The notes beneath the pieces are model-generated. The model saw only the letters and a program-made list of their open reading frames with translations. It searched no databases and had not been told where the DNA came from. A stretch of 64,000 nt of DNA from Candidatus Altimarinota bacterium (lineage in GTDB: Bacteria; Patescibacteriota; Gracilibacteria; CAIRYL01). This document shows positions 55,504 to 64,000 of this stretch, one piece after another. Made by a program: the position numbers and the translations under genes. The stretch lies in contig OZ252287.1 in assembly GCA_965250085.1 (NCBI GenBank), positions 1,216,001 through 1,280,000 on the forward strand, given 5' to 3'. Numbering within the stretch: the stretch's first letter is position 1; every line of letters starts with the position of its first letter.

Positions 55504-56292
55504 TTATTGAACGAGTACCGCTTTCTGTTGAGTGAGTTTTTCCCAACGCTGAATAATTACCTCACAATAATGGGCATCAAGTTCCATCATCAAACACTTT
55601 CTCTGCGTTTGTTCGCAAGCCAGTAAAGTAGACCCTGAACCTCCAAATGGGTCACAAACAACTCCTCCTATTTGAGAGCTATTCAAAATTAATCTGCGAA
55701 GGAGCGAGATTGGTTTCATGGTAGGATGAAGCGTGCTCTTTTGTGGGCGTGGACAAAATAATACACTTCTGTCTGAACTCTTTTGGAAAGCATGTTTTCC
55801 TTTCCATCCATAGAGTATGAGTTCATGTTGGGGGTTATAATCAAGTCTACTCATAACCGCATTATTTTTTACCCAGAGAAGCAATTGAGAAATATGCATC
55901 CCCAGTTCTGTCACAGCATCTCGTAATGAGAAAACCATGCGGTCGGTATTGAAAATATAGAAACTGTTTGTCTTCGATAAATATGGAGACAGATTATTGA
56001 GCCACTGCCGTGAGAAGTGCTTATATTCGCCTGTACTCTGCAAGTGGTCGTTGGCAATAATCTTATGTTTTTTCTGGTTCATAAAATCTTGTTTTGCTTC
56101 CACAACAGCTACTCCATAGGGCGGGTCAGTAAGCAACAAATCAATCTTGTGTTTCTCACAAAGTAGCCTCATGTGTTCGGTATTTGTCGCATCTCCGCAG
56201 AAAAGGTGATGTTCACCGAGTTGCCAGATTTGTCCCATCTGAGTTTTGGATTTAGTTGATTTTTCTTGGCGTGTTGCCAGTGAGTTCTTCAT
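55504..56292 (-). CDS. Phage-type N6/N4 DNA methyltransferase (beta class)
   Basis: IWQLGEHHLFCGD, TDPPYG, HPTMKP, DPFGGSGST. Confidence 0.92.
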   Translation of the reverse strand: MKNSLATRQEKSTKSKTQMGQIWQLGEHHLFCGDATNTEHMRLLCEKHKIDLLLTDPPYGVAVVEAKQDFMNQKKHKIIANDHLQSTGEYKHFSRQWLNNLSPYLSKTNSFYIFNTDRMVFSLRDAVTELGMHISQLLLWVKNNAVMSRLDYNPQHELILYGWKGKHAFQKSSDRSVLFCPRPQKSTLHPTMKPISLLRRLILNSSQIGGVVCDPFGGSGSTLLACEQTQRKCLMMELDAHYCEVIIQRWEKLTQQKAVLVQ

Positions 56293-57535
56293 AGCGAGAA
56301 AGGATAAGAGAACAAAAGCGGGGATCGATTTCCATCAGATATGCAGTGCGTTGTAACTGTTCACAGGCAATTAAAGTTGAACCAGATCCTCCAAAAAGAT
56401 CCAAAACAAGATTACCAACCTTACTACATCTCAAGAGAGGCTTTTGCAGAAGTTGTGGTGGCTTTTGAGTAGGATGTTGGTACTCATTAGCTGGTAAACG
56501 TTTTACCAGCCAGATATTCAGCAAATCGAGAATATCTTCAGCAGTACGATTGCCAGTTTCTATCTCTGGATTCATGACTTCGTGTAAGTTGTTGTGTTTG
56601 GTGTTCAAATAAGGCTTGCCTCTAATGCTATACACACATGGCTCATAGATTTTATTGAACGCTATTTTAGGGGTCGCATTTTGATTATTCTTGATCCAAA
56701 GACAGACACGTTTATTCGTGAGTCCTGATTTCTCAGCTAACGATTGAAGAAGTCCAATATACTGCTCATCACACCACCAAAAACTATGACAATCTTGGTG
56801 GCAATATTTCAGTCCAACTTCCAGTGCTGTGTATAAGAAATCAGAGTATTCAGCTTTTGATTTCCCATCGTTCACTTCACTCTTGCTGTATTGTCTCTTG
56901 CCACCTATGCCAGCACTATAGTCCAGTCCGATGTTATACGGCGGATCACAAAAAAGAACATCTGATTTCTTCTTCTGCATAAGCTTTGAGACATCTTCTG
57001 CGCTTGTGGAATCTCCGCACATCAGACGGTGCCTTCCAAGGGTATAAATATCGCCAAGCTTTACCGTTACTTCCCCGAGTTCTTCAAATTTTTCTTCCAT
57101 ATCGAATTTATCATCTTCAATGGATAACAGATCTGACCAAATAGTTCCAAGGTCACTCTCATCAAAACCAATATCCAGAAGAAGGTTCATGTCAAATTTC
57201 TTCAAGAGTTCAAAATCCCATTTGCCTGTATTTCTATTAAGACGAAGATTGAGTTCTTTTTCTTTCTCAATATTTGAGATATTCAGAAAAACAACAGGGA
57301 CATCTTCCATGCCCAGTCTTTTGGCGACTTCCAAACGAAAATGTCCGCCAATGACAACATTCTTTCGTTGCTTGGCTTTGTTTACAAGAATTGGATCAAC
57401 AAATCCAAACTTCTTGATACTTTCTATCAGATACTTCATATCTCCTGCTCCCCATTTACGTGGATTATAGGGAGCGGGATTGAGGTCAGAGATGCTGACT
57501 TGATGGATAGTCGGTTTATTTTTGAAATAGTTCAT
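56252..57535 (-). CDS. ParB-N domain / N6-N4 DNA methyltransferase fusion
   Basis: L.PAPYNPR, SIKKFGFVDPI, IGGHFR (ParB/Srx); CDPPYN, HPTQKP, DLFGGSGST. Confidence 0.93.
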   Translation of the reverse strand: MNYFKNKPTIHQVSISDLNPAPYNPRKWGAGDMKYLIESIKKFGFVDPILVNKAKQRKNVVIGGHFRLEVAKRLGMEDVPVVFLNISNIEKEKELNLRLNRNTGKWDFELLKKFDMNLLLDIGFDESDLGTIWSDLLSIEDDKFDMEEKFEELGEVTVKLGDIYTLGRHRLMCGDSTSAEDVSKLMQKKKSDVLFCDPPYNIGLDYSAGIGGKRQYSKSEVNDGKSKAEYSDFLYTALEVGLKYCHQDCHSFWWCDEQYIGLLQSLAEKSGLTNKRVCLWIKNNQNATPKIAFNKIYEPCVYSIRGKPYLNTKHNNLHEVMNPEIETGNRTAEDILDLLNIWLVKRLPANEYQHPTQKPPQLLQKPLLRCSKVGNLVLDLFGGSGSTLIACEQLQRTAYLMEIDPRFCSLILSRYEELTGNTPRKIN

Positions 57536-57597
57536 AAAAAATCTATGGTGAAAGACGTTTCTGCACCATAAATTAGCAGCCCCTTAGAGAACTTCCT

Positions 57598-57621
57598 AAA
57601 ATTGTTACATGTAACAATTTT
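57598..57621. promoter_or_regulatory. Perfect 24-bp palindrome (candidate operator or cis site)
   Basis: AAAATTGTTACA|TGTAACAATTTT, 62 bp upstream of the ParB-MTase start. Confidence 0.6.
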
Positions 57622-57637
57622 TGCATTTTTCTGAATA

Positions 57638-58246
57638 TTATTTCCCTATATATCTTAAGGGAAATTTTGTTTTATAGTTTTCACGATAGTTTTCTGGTTC
57701 AAAAGCAGATTTTTGAATTCCAAAAAAATATTGGAGTTTCTTATCAAGACGGTGCTTTCTTTGACGCTTAGCAATATCTTTCTTGTTAGTCTTTTTGTAA
57801 GAAATTTCTGTCTGAGAAACTTGTTCTAGTAATTTCCATTCAGTGTTTGCTTTACCATTTCTAAAATCACATAAGCCTATATCTGTATGATTAATAATTG
57901 TGAATGTATCTGCAATAATTACGCAAGTTAGATCTTCATTAATTATAGCAATACTAATATCTCTCCAATCTTGTATATTCCAACCTTCTTCTTTTCTTGA
58001 AGAAAGAGAGATATGGCGATGGTCAGTGATAAGATCTTTTGAAAACTTTTGTACTACAAAGCGAGGGAACTCACTTTGAAGAGTTGTAATTATTTCTCTG
58101 GCGATCTTTGTAAATTCTATTATTGCTGGCATCCAACCATCAATTTGTTTTTTTAAAGTAATCATGCCCTGTACAGCTATCGTTGCAAATTGTTGCATGC
58201 CATGAACAAAATCGGAAAATGTTGGTGATTGTGAAGTTTGATCCAT
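57638..58246 (-). CDS. Hypothetical protein, possible DNA-binding regulator of the phage-like cassette
   Basis: W.DISI..., G..D.R.GK...EW.LL, basic helix, L..FFGI...F......Y..KF. Confidence 0.6.
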   Translation of the reverse strand: MDQTSQSPTFSDFVHGMQQFATIAVQGMITLKKQIDGWMPAIIEFTKIAREIITTLQSEFPRFVVQKFSKDLITDHRHISLSSRKEEGWNIQDWRDISIAIINEDLTCVIIADTFTIINHTDIGLCDFRNGKANTEWKLLEQVSQTEISYKKTNKKDIAKRQRKHRLDKKLQYFFGIQKSAFEPENYRENYKTKFPLRYIGK

Positions 58247-58377
58247 AATGGAAATATATCACTTACTTTAAGAAAAATATATCTTAAAGCATGCCTCTCA
58301 AAATATTGCTTAAAATCCTTGCTTAAGGTATTATTATATGATAAATTTCATATTCTGTCCATCCATCTCAATTCAAC

Positions 58378-61300
58378 ATGCCTCTTGCTATTGAAACTGC
58401 ATCGGAATCTCCTTCTCAAAAGTTGGAACAAGTGAGTGCAACTCTGAGAAGATTGTATGGAAGAGGATTTGAAATTAAAACATTTTCTGATCCTGGAAAA
58501 GGGGTTATGAAGATAGAATCAGGAGGAGACTTCCATTTGAATGAGGCGAAACTGGCTGGACTGACTCTTGAAAGCTGTATTGCTCAGACGATTAGTGTGG
58601 CTGAGGCTTGGCAGATGCAAATAGGCATACGACAAGACCCTCAATTTGCAACAGAAGTAGCAACGTATGAAGCACATAAAGATCGGCCATCCTACAAACT
58701 CTTGTATGGAGTATTGTTTGAAAGTGTTGCTTTACGTGACAAGGCTTTGACAGATAGTTCATTACAACAAGTCGCAATGCATACTGCCCGGCAGAGATTG
58801 CAAAAATTAAAACGAAGATTTCCTCATGTACTGCCTCCCCAAGTCCAATACTTGATAGGACTGATTGATCCTGACTCTCGGGAAATTCAAGACACTGAAG
58901 TACAGAAAGCAATCGGAGATCTTCAGTCTTCAGGTATATTACGCAAACTTTTTGACCACCGCGTGAATGCTGGAACGAAGCTGAGGACGATTCATGGGCA
59001 GATCTTTCAGGACTACAGATATTTTTTACGACAGGCTCAGCATCCAGATGCAAAATGGGCAAAACAAAAAAAGGAACCAAAGAAAATCCGGCAGAGGTCA
59101 AGAGAAGAAATAGAGCAGATTATGAATCCGCCAGGACGCATTCCCCCTTCTCACCAACTCCCTCCAGCTCCACCGGAAGTTTTGGAGGAAATGTCTCAAG
59201 AATCATCCTCTGAGCCCGAAACACCAGATCCATCATCTGGACCTGAGCCAGAAGAATCAGAAGAAGTACCAGAGCTTCCGGATATGCCTTCTCTGCCAAT
59301 TCCAGAACAAAATGACGCCTCAGATAAGTCTTCGTCTACTCCTCCAGACAGTCCTCAGGGTACACCTGATTATCAAGATGAATACTCCACACCCGAAGGT
59401 GGAGAATTTGAAAAAGATCCTTCGGGGAAAGGCTATAAATTAGAAATATCGCCACCCCTTCTCGGGTACTATTCAACTGACAGAAAGAGCTATTGGAATG
59501 CACAGCGTAAGAAATGGGCCAACAAAAGCAGCCTTACTCGATATAAAAATATCGCCAGGTTTACAGGAAAAAAATACAATCTCTCTGGGGAAATTAGTGG
59601 ACAGAATTTAAAACCATTTCCCTTGCCAGTTGGATATGTTCCTGATCTTGATTCTTTGCAATACACAGGAGACAAGCCAACTGTGTATCGTGATCAAAAT
59701 GGTTGTTTTCAGATAAAACTTTCTGGGCAAGGCAAATGCCAATTGAGCATTGATTTTTATAAAGAAGATGACCAAAAATCGCCACATCCCATTTCTGAGG
59801 ATAGTGAGCAAATGTACGCAGGATCACTCTCGGGGAATGCGCAGCAGGCATTTGTGAAAGCAGAAAAAGAAGTGGATTCAAAGAAAAAAGCAGCAATAGT
59901 TCGTGATTACGTGAGGAAGAATCATTTTTATCCACCAGGTAAAAATGATATGGAAACAATGAATGCTGCAAAAAAGATACAAGCAGAGTTACAAAACATT
60001 TCTGATGCCCAAAATTATATTCATAATTTAGACAATTCTCCGCATTTGGAATGTTATTCGGCAAATAATCTGATGGTAGCAATGGTAAGAGCTCTTAGAA
60101 TTCCTGCACGGATTGTTACTGGGCATCACGTGCAACATACAAACACAAAAGGAAATGCCGAAATTAATTCAGCCAATGGCCATGGATGGTGTGAAATTTG
60201 GGATGGCAATAGCTGGGTTGGGTTTGATGCCACTCCTCCACCTGATCTAAATGACCCAAAAAATAAATCAGATCCAGCTGATCAGGATGAGAATGAAGAG
60301 CAAGAACCACAAGATCAATCGCCGGCAGAAAATGCTGATGATGGTGCAGAACGAACGGATACAAGTGAAGATGATGGAGAAGGAGAAGAAGGTGGAGAGC
60401 CACAGGATGGAGCAGATGATGGGCAGCAAAGTGATGAAGAAGGGGATGGTGAAACAAGTGAAAAACCGCCAGGAGAAAAAGGAGAAGGAGATGCTGATGC
60501 GGAAATTGCTAATGAGGAAGATGGAAAAGGTAGTGAACAAGACGGCGATGGTGGAGAACAAACTGATGAAGTAGATGATGACTTTGATCCCAAAGAAGAA
60601 TTAGAGAGGATGTATGAAGAATTAATAGAAGAAACTGCAGGTATGCCAGATGAAGAGGAAATAAAAAGGACATTACGAGAGATTGAACGTGAGGCAGCAG
60701 CACAACAGGCACTTGATCCGGAAGAAAGGTATGTACAAGATAAACATCCTGGATTAACACCAGAACTCAGAAGGCAAATAGCTGAATTTATTAGGGAATT
60801 TCGGAGAGATATGCAAATTATTGAACAAATTCCAAATCCTGATCCCGAATCTCCACATACTACGTTTATGGAAGCGTTTAAAGCAATGATTGATCGTATT
60901 GTTTCCCGTCGTTATGTAGAGCGAAGGGTACGCAAATATCCGACAACAACGGGAAGACTGGTGAGACCCGTAACTCGACATACTGATAAGTTGGCTGGAA
61001 AAAGGCAGTCATACGCTTTCAAGACACGAGAACGAAAATTATTTGAAGAAAAAAAGATTACAAAGGTACGGTGGCGTACGATTATTGATCGTAGTGGCAG
61101 CATGGATAGTCAGAAACTACGGACACAACAACAAATTGAAGTACTTAAAAATGCCGTTGTTGCCGAAAAACAAATTGAACTGAATGAACTTTCTGCTCGT
61201 CTCAAGCAAGATTTACGGCTAGAAACAGAAACGTGGCAATTTGGTGGTCCTGACCCAGAGACCGGTCAGCAATTTTCTTGTATCAAGCCACTTTCCAGTA

Positions 61301-62106
61301 CTTTTGATGAACTTGAACAAGCTGCCATATGGCATGCAGCAGCAAGTGCTCCTGGAGGAACCAATGACTTTGATCCATTGGAAGCTATTTTCCGTTCTTT
61401 GGCTGCAGAAGAAGCCGAGGCACGAAGTAATGATGAACTATCAATCTTAGAACGGATTCGTGCTGGTTTTCTTATTCGTGAAATTAATGCTGTCCAGGAA
61501 CTTGGGAGGAAAGGAGAAGATGAACTGGATGAAGATGAAGAAGTATATTTTGAAAATCTCACGAAAGAAAGCCCAGAGAGTATATTTCGACGTCTGCAGG
61601 ATTTACTCCCCCGGACTTCAGGAGATCCAGCAGAGATACAACAAGAACAAGCCTTTTTACGACAACGTATCGATGGCACTAATGCAGTTCAAATGTTTCA
61701 AGAGTGGACACGACAGTTTATTGGCAATAAGTATCTTTCTGATGAAGAAAAAGATTTTTTCCGAGAACTTGATATTTCTGATGCAAATTTAGCTGCGATT
61801 TATAAAGACTGGCTTCAGGTTCTGAAGAGAAAGCAAGGAAAAAACATTGAACCAATCTTGGAAATTATTGAAGTGAGCTCTGACGGAGGATCAAATGATC
61901 CAGCACGGTTACAAAATATTGTTCGCTCTCTGCGTGACCTAGGGATTATCGTACTGTGCTATGGACTCGGAAATGACGCTGATGCCGCCGTTCGCAACTA
62001 TTACAATGACTATAATCCTTCAGAAGGAGGAATGCTCTGTCACAATTTGTTGGATTACCCTGAAAAAAAGGCTCGAGCCTGGCAGAATATGCTTGACAGA
62101 GTGTAG
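58378..62106 (+). CDS. Transglutaminase-like domain / vWA domain fusion protein (1242 aa)
   Basis: ECYSAN...IPARIVTG...GHGWCEIW...FDATP (Cys-His-Asp); acidic linker; IIDRSGSM, GGTND, SSDG (MIDAS). Confidence 0.85.
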   Translation: MPLAIETASESPSQKLEQVSATLRRLYGRGFEIKTFSDPGKGVMKIESGGDFHLNEAKLAGLTLESCIAQTISVAEAWQMQIGIRQDPQFATEVATYEAHKDRPSYKLLYGVLFESVALRDKALTDSSLQQVAMHTARQRLQKLKRRFPHVLPPQVQYLIGLIDPDSREIQDTEVQKAIGDLQSSGILRKLFDHRVNAGTKLRTIHGQIFQDYRYFLRQAQHPDAKWAKQKKEPKKIRQRSREEIEQIMNPPGRIPPSHQLPPAPPEVLEEMSQESSSEPETPDPSSGPEPEESEEVPELPDMPSLPIPEQNDASDKSSSTPPDSPQGTPDYQDEYSTPEGGEFEKDPSGKGYKLEISPPLLGYYSTDRKSYWNAQRKKWANKSSLTRYKNIARFTGKKYNLSGEISGQNLKPFPLPVGYVPDLDSLQYTGDKPTVYRDQNGCFQIKLSGQGKCQLSIDFYKEDDQKSPHPISEDSEQMYAGSLSGNAQQAFVKAEKEVDSKKKAAIVRDYVRKNHFYPPGKNDMETMNAAKKIQAELQNISDAQNYIHNLDNSPHLECYSANNLMVAMVRALRIPARIVTGHHVQHTNTKGNAEINSANGHGWCEIWDGNSWVGFDATPPPDLNDPKNKSDPADQDENEEQEPQDQSPAENADDGAERTDTSEDDGEGEEGGEPQDGADDGQQSDEEGDGETSEKPPGEKGEGDADAEIANEEDGKGSEQDGDGGEQTDEVDDDFDPKEELERMYEELIEETAGMPDEEEIKRTLREIEREAAAQQALDPEERYVQDKHPGLTPELRRQIAEFIREFRRDMQIIEQIPNPDPESPHTTFMEAFKAMIDRIVSRRYVERRVRKYPTTTGRLVRPVTRHTDKLAGKRQSYAFKTRERKLFEEKKITKVRWRTIIDRSGSMDSQKLRTQQQIEVLKNAVVAEKQIELNELSARLKQDLRLETETWQFGGPDPETGQQFSCIKPLSSTFDELEQAAIWHAAASAPGGTNDFDPLEAIFRSLAAEEAEARSNDELSILERIRAGFLIREINAVQELGRKGEDELDEDEEVYFENLTKESPESIFRRLQDLLPRTSGDPAEIQQEQAFLRQRIDGTNAVQMFQEWTRQFIGNKYLSDEEKDFFRELDISDANLAAIYKDWLQVLKRKQGKNIEPILEIIEVSSDGGSNDPARLQNIVRSLRDLGIIVLCYGLGNDADAAVRNYYNDYNPSEGGMLCHNLLDYPEKKARAWQNMLDRV

Positions 62107-62134
62107 TTTTTCCATTATAATATACAGATAACTT

Positions 62135-64000
62135 ATGACTCCCTTTCGAAATTTACCGGCTCACAAATTTCAATTTTTTTCTCTCGAGAGAACACAAGAT
62201 TATTTCATGGGAGAAAATAGAATTCTTTTTCGAAACTCGCTTGCAGAAAAGATACTTCAGAATGCTGAAGAATCGGATGAAAGTGAAAAATCCAAACTTT
62301 CTACGGAAGAAGTACAAGCTCAAGTTATGGAGGTACGAGCTCTGGTAGGAAGACTATCCGCTTTAAAAAAATTAAATACCTATGAAGGAAACGTGCCCGA
62401 AGCTACAGAAATAGAAATGGAACTCCCTCAGCTCCAATCTACAGAGGGCACTGAAACAGCAGATTGGAGTGATTTATTTGATCCTGATTTGTCAGAGATT
62501 ATGGTGCTCGAAGAAAATCCCGATTTAGTCAATAGAGATGAAGTACAACAGATTCGCCAACGTCTTGAAACACTGCTGAAGAATCCTCAAGTGGCTCAAC
62601 AATATGAAGAAATGTTTGGCACCGTGGTACGCGATTTTACTGTCGCAAAGAGGCTTCTCCGAGCTTATAAGCAAGGATATAGGGTAATGAAGAAAGGTGA
62701 TGGATATGAAAAATATTCTTTGACCAGTAGTGACAAAATACGTGCTGCCAGACAGCTATTACGAATCTTAGATAACTTCGAAAAACAATGTCGCGAAGAA
62801 GAACAGAACATTCATACTCAAGTGAAAAGATCAGGTCGTGATTATTCTGAAAGCGATCGGAAAAATTTAGAAAGAGTACAAAAACGAAGGCTAGAATGTC
62901 GGACTGAAATTAATACCCTCTTACTAGATGCTGAAGTATGGATTGCAAAACATATCGATGATTTGGCTCATGATCGAGCTGTTTTACAACGTCGTCCAAA
63001 AGGGGAACATTTTCCGCCACGAAATCAATTAGTTTCTATAGGACGTCACAGCGCTTATATTGAAGTAGAATCACGCACCGAACAAATGTATGGGAATGAA
63101 AGTGCTGGACACTCCATCCTGCCTGCTTTGCGAGCCGGACACAATGTTGAACTCCTTGGTCCAACCGGGACGGGAAAAACAAAGTTGGGTATCGCTTCTG
63201 CGCAAGTGTTTTCAAATAAAAATCCAGTCGTCGTTTCCGGTGGACCGGAGCTTTCTCGTGACACTTTTTTTGGTTTTGCATCGGATGTCGGAGTACGTGA
63301 ACAGGGTGCCTGTATTCAGTGTATGAGAGAAGGAATGGTAATGATTCTCGATGAAGATAACCGTACCCCTCCAGAGATCTTGGGACAGATTAAATTTATT
63401 TTAGGGCTTAAAGCTGGGGATGTCTTCATGCATCCGGATACCGGTGAGGAAATTGTTGTTCAGCCGGGATTTGGTGTCATGGTGACCAGAAATGAAAAGG
63501 ATGAACACCACGAAGATCGGTTTGATCTTCCTCCGGATTATCGTCGTGAATTTACACACGGAAGTTTTGAAATTGATTATTATACCCCGGCAGAGATGTA
63601 CCATCGTTTCTTTTCACCAAAACTCAGCCATGGAGATAATTCGATTCCGCTTTCAGATGAAGAAATTGGAGGGACTATAGTACATGATACTGCTGATTTA
63701 GATAGTGTTGATCTCTCCAGAAGTGATATTTCTCCACTGTTGGCACTCTGCTTATCAGCGAAGCAAGTTCAAACACTTTATAAAACAAAAGGAAGTAAAG
63801 GGCTTGAGAATGCTGTCTTTGAATCTGGATTTTTGATTGATCTTTTTGATGAATGGGCAGAAATGAGCATGAGACAAAAGAGTGATGGGAGTGAAGTTGC
63901 TTTTTTAGAATTTTTAGAAACAAAACTGATTGAATTTCTCAAACGTCCAATTGGTAGTCCGGATCGAAAAAAAATTATCCCTATCCTTGTCAATCATGGA
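62135..64000 (+). CDS. MoxR/CobS/midasin-like AAA+ ATPase, 3'-truncated by the window end (absent from ORF track)
   Basis: Translated by hand: open from ATG 62135 (alternative 62207) to the end; LLGPTGTGKT at 63152-63181, MILDEDNR from 63341, VQPGFGVMVTRN, DLPPDYRREF. Confidence 0.9.
   Translation, partial: MTPFRNLPAHKFQFFSLERTQDYFMGENRILFRNSLAEKILQNAEESDESEKSKLSTEEVQAQVMEVRALVGRLSALKKLNTYEGNVPEATEIEMELPQLQSTEGTETADWSDLFDPDLSEIMVLEENPDLVNRDEVQQIRQRLETLLKNPQVAQQYEEMFGTVVRDFTVAKRLLRAYKQGYRVMKKGDGYEKYSLTSSDKIRAARQLLRILDNFEKQCREEEQNIHTQVKRSGRDYSESDRKNLERVQKRRLECRTEINTLLLDAEVWIAKHIDDLAHDRAVLQRRPKGEHFPPRNQLVSIGRHSAYIEVESRTEQMYGNESAGHSILPALRAGHNVELLGPTGTGKTKLGIASAQVFSNKNPVVVSGGPELSRDTFFGFASDVGVREQGACIQCMREGMVMILDEDNRTPPEILGQIKFILGLKAGDVFMHPDTGEEIVVQPGFGVMVTRNEKDEHHEDRFDLPPDYRREFTHGSFEIDYYTPAEMYHRFFSPKLSHGDNSIPLSDEEIGGTIVHDTADLDSVDLSRSDISPLLALCLSAKQVQTLYKTKGSKGLENAVFESGFLIDLFDEWAEMSMRQKSDGSEVAFLEFLETKLIEFLKRPIGSPDRKKIIPILVNHG

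Larger units (their letters stand above)
52882..58246 (-). mobile_element. Phage-related cassette at tRNA-Asp (regulator-like, ParB-MTase, MTase, TerS, TerL, OB-fold), no integrase, portal or capsid
   Basis: Six co-oriented genes converging on the tRNA-Asp 3' end; no att repeat found, so boundaries are approximate. Confidence 0.65.

Noticed and set aside
52576-58377. Complete prophage
   Set aside because: No integrase, portal, capsid, tail or lysis genes and no att duplication; reported only as a partial cassette.
1-64000. Genetic code 25 (UGA = Gly) as in Gracilibacteria BD1-5/Absconditabacteria
   Set aside because: Conserved genes are full length under code 11, and several end in TGA (for example 31721, 33349, 34068).

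Overview
This is a low-GC bacterial chromosome segment read in genetic code 11 (UGA is a stop). Gene content points by inference to a Patescibacteria/CPR organism, most like Peregrinibacteria: scattered housekeeping genes, a stand-alone VirD4-like ATPase, a VirB2-like pilin, and giant Cys-rich, LamG, SLH and lamin-tail surface proteins. Housekeeping genes are metG, ybaB, mltG, fmt, murC, pepA, xth, queG, purN, an FtsI-like PBP, dut, rsmF, murB and three tRNAs (Ser-TGA, Pro-GGG, Asp-GTC). Accessory and unusual content: (i) a RAYT tyrosine transposase inside a cluster of sequence-diverse, GYYGG-tagged REP hairpins between two large adhesin-like genes; (ii) at least four unrelated palindromic micro-elements inserted in frame in rsmF; (iii) a complete IS1595 element with an 8-bp TSD that splits a near-consensus sigma70 promoter; (iv) a PvdF-like formyltransferase overlapping an M23-like gene; (v) next to tRNA-Asp, a cassette of ParB-MTase, MTase, TerS and TerL with no capsid, portal or integrase, followed by a promoter-driven structured RNA of about 116 nt and a membrane OB-fold gene; (vi) a transglutaminase-vWA fusion paired with a MoxR-like AAA+ ATPase that runs off the window end and is missing from the ORF track. 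No CRISPR array, rRNA or reverse transcriptase was seen. All family assignments come from motif recognition by eye, not from database searches.
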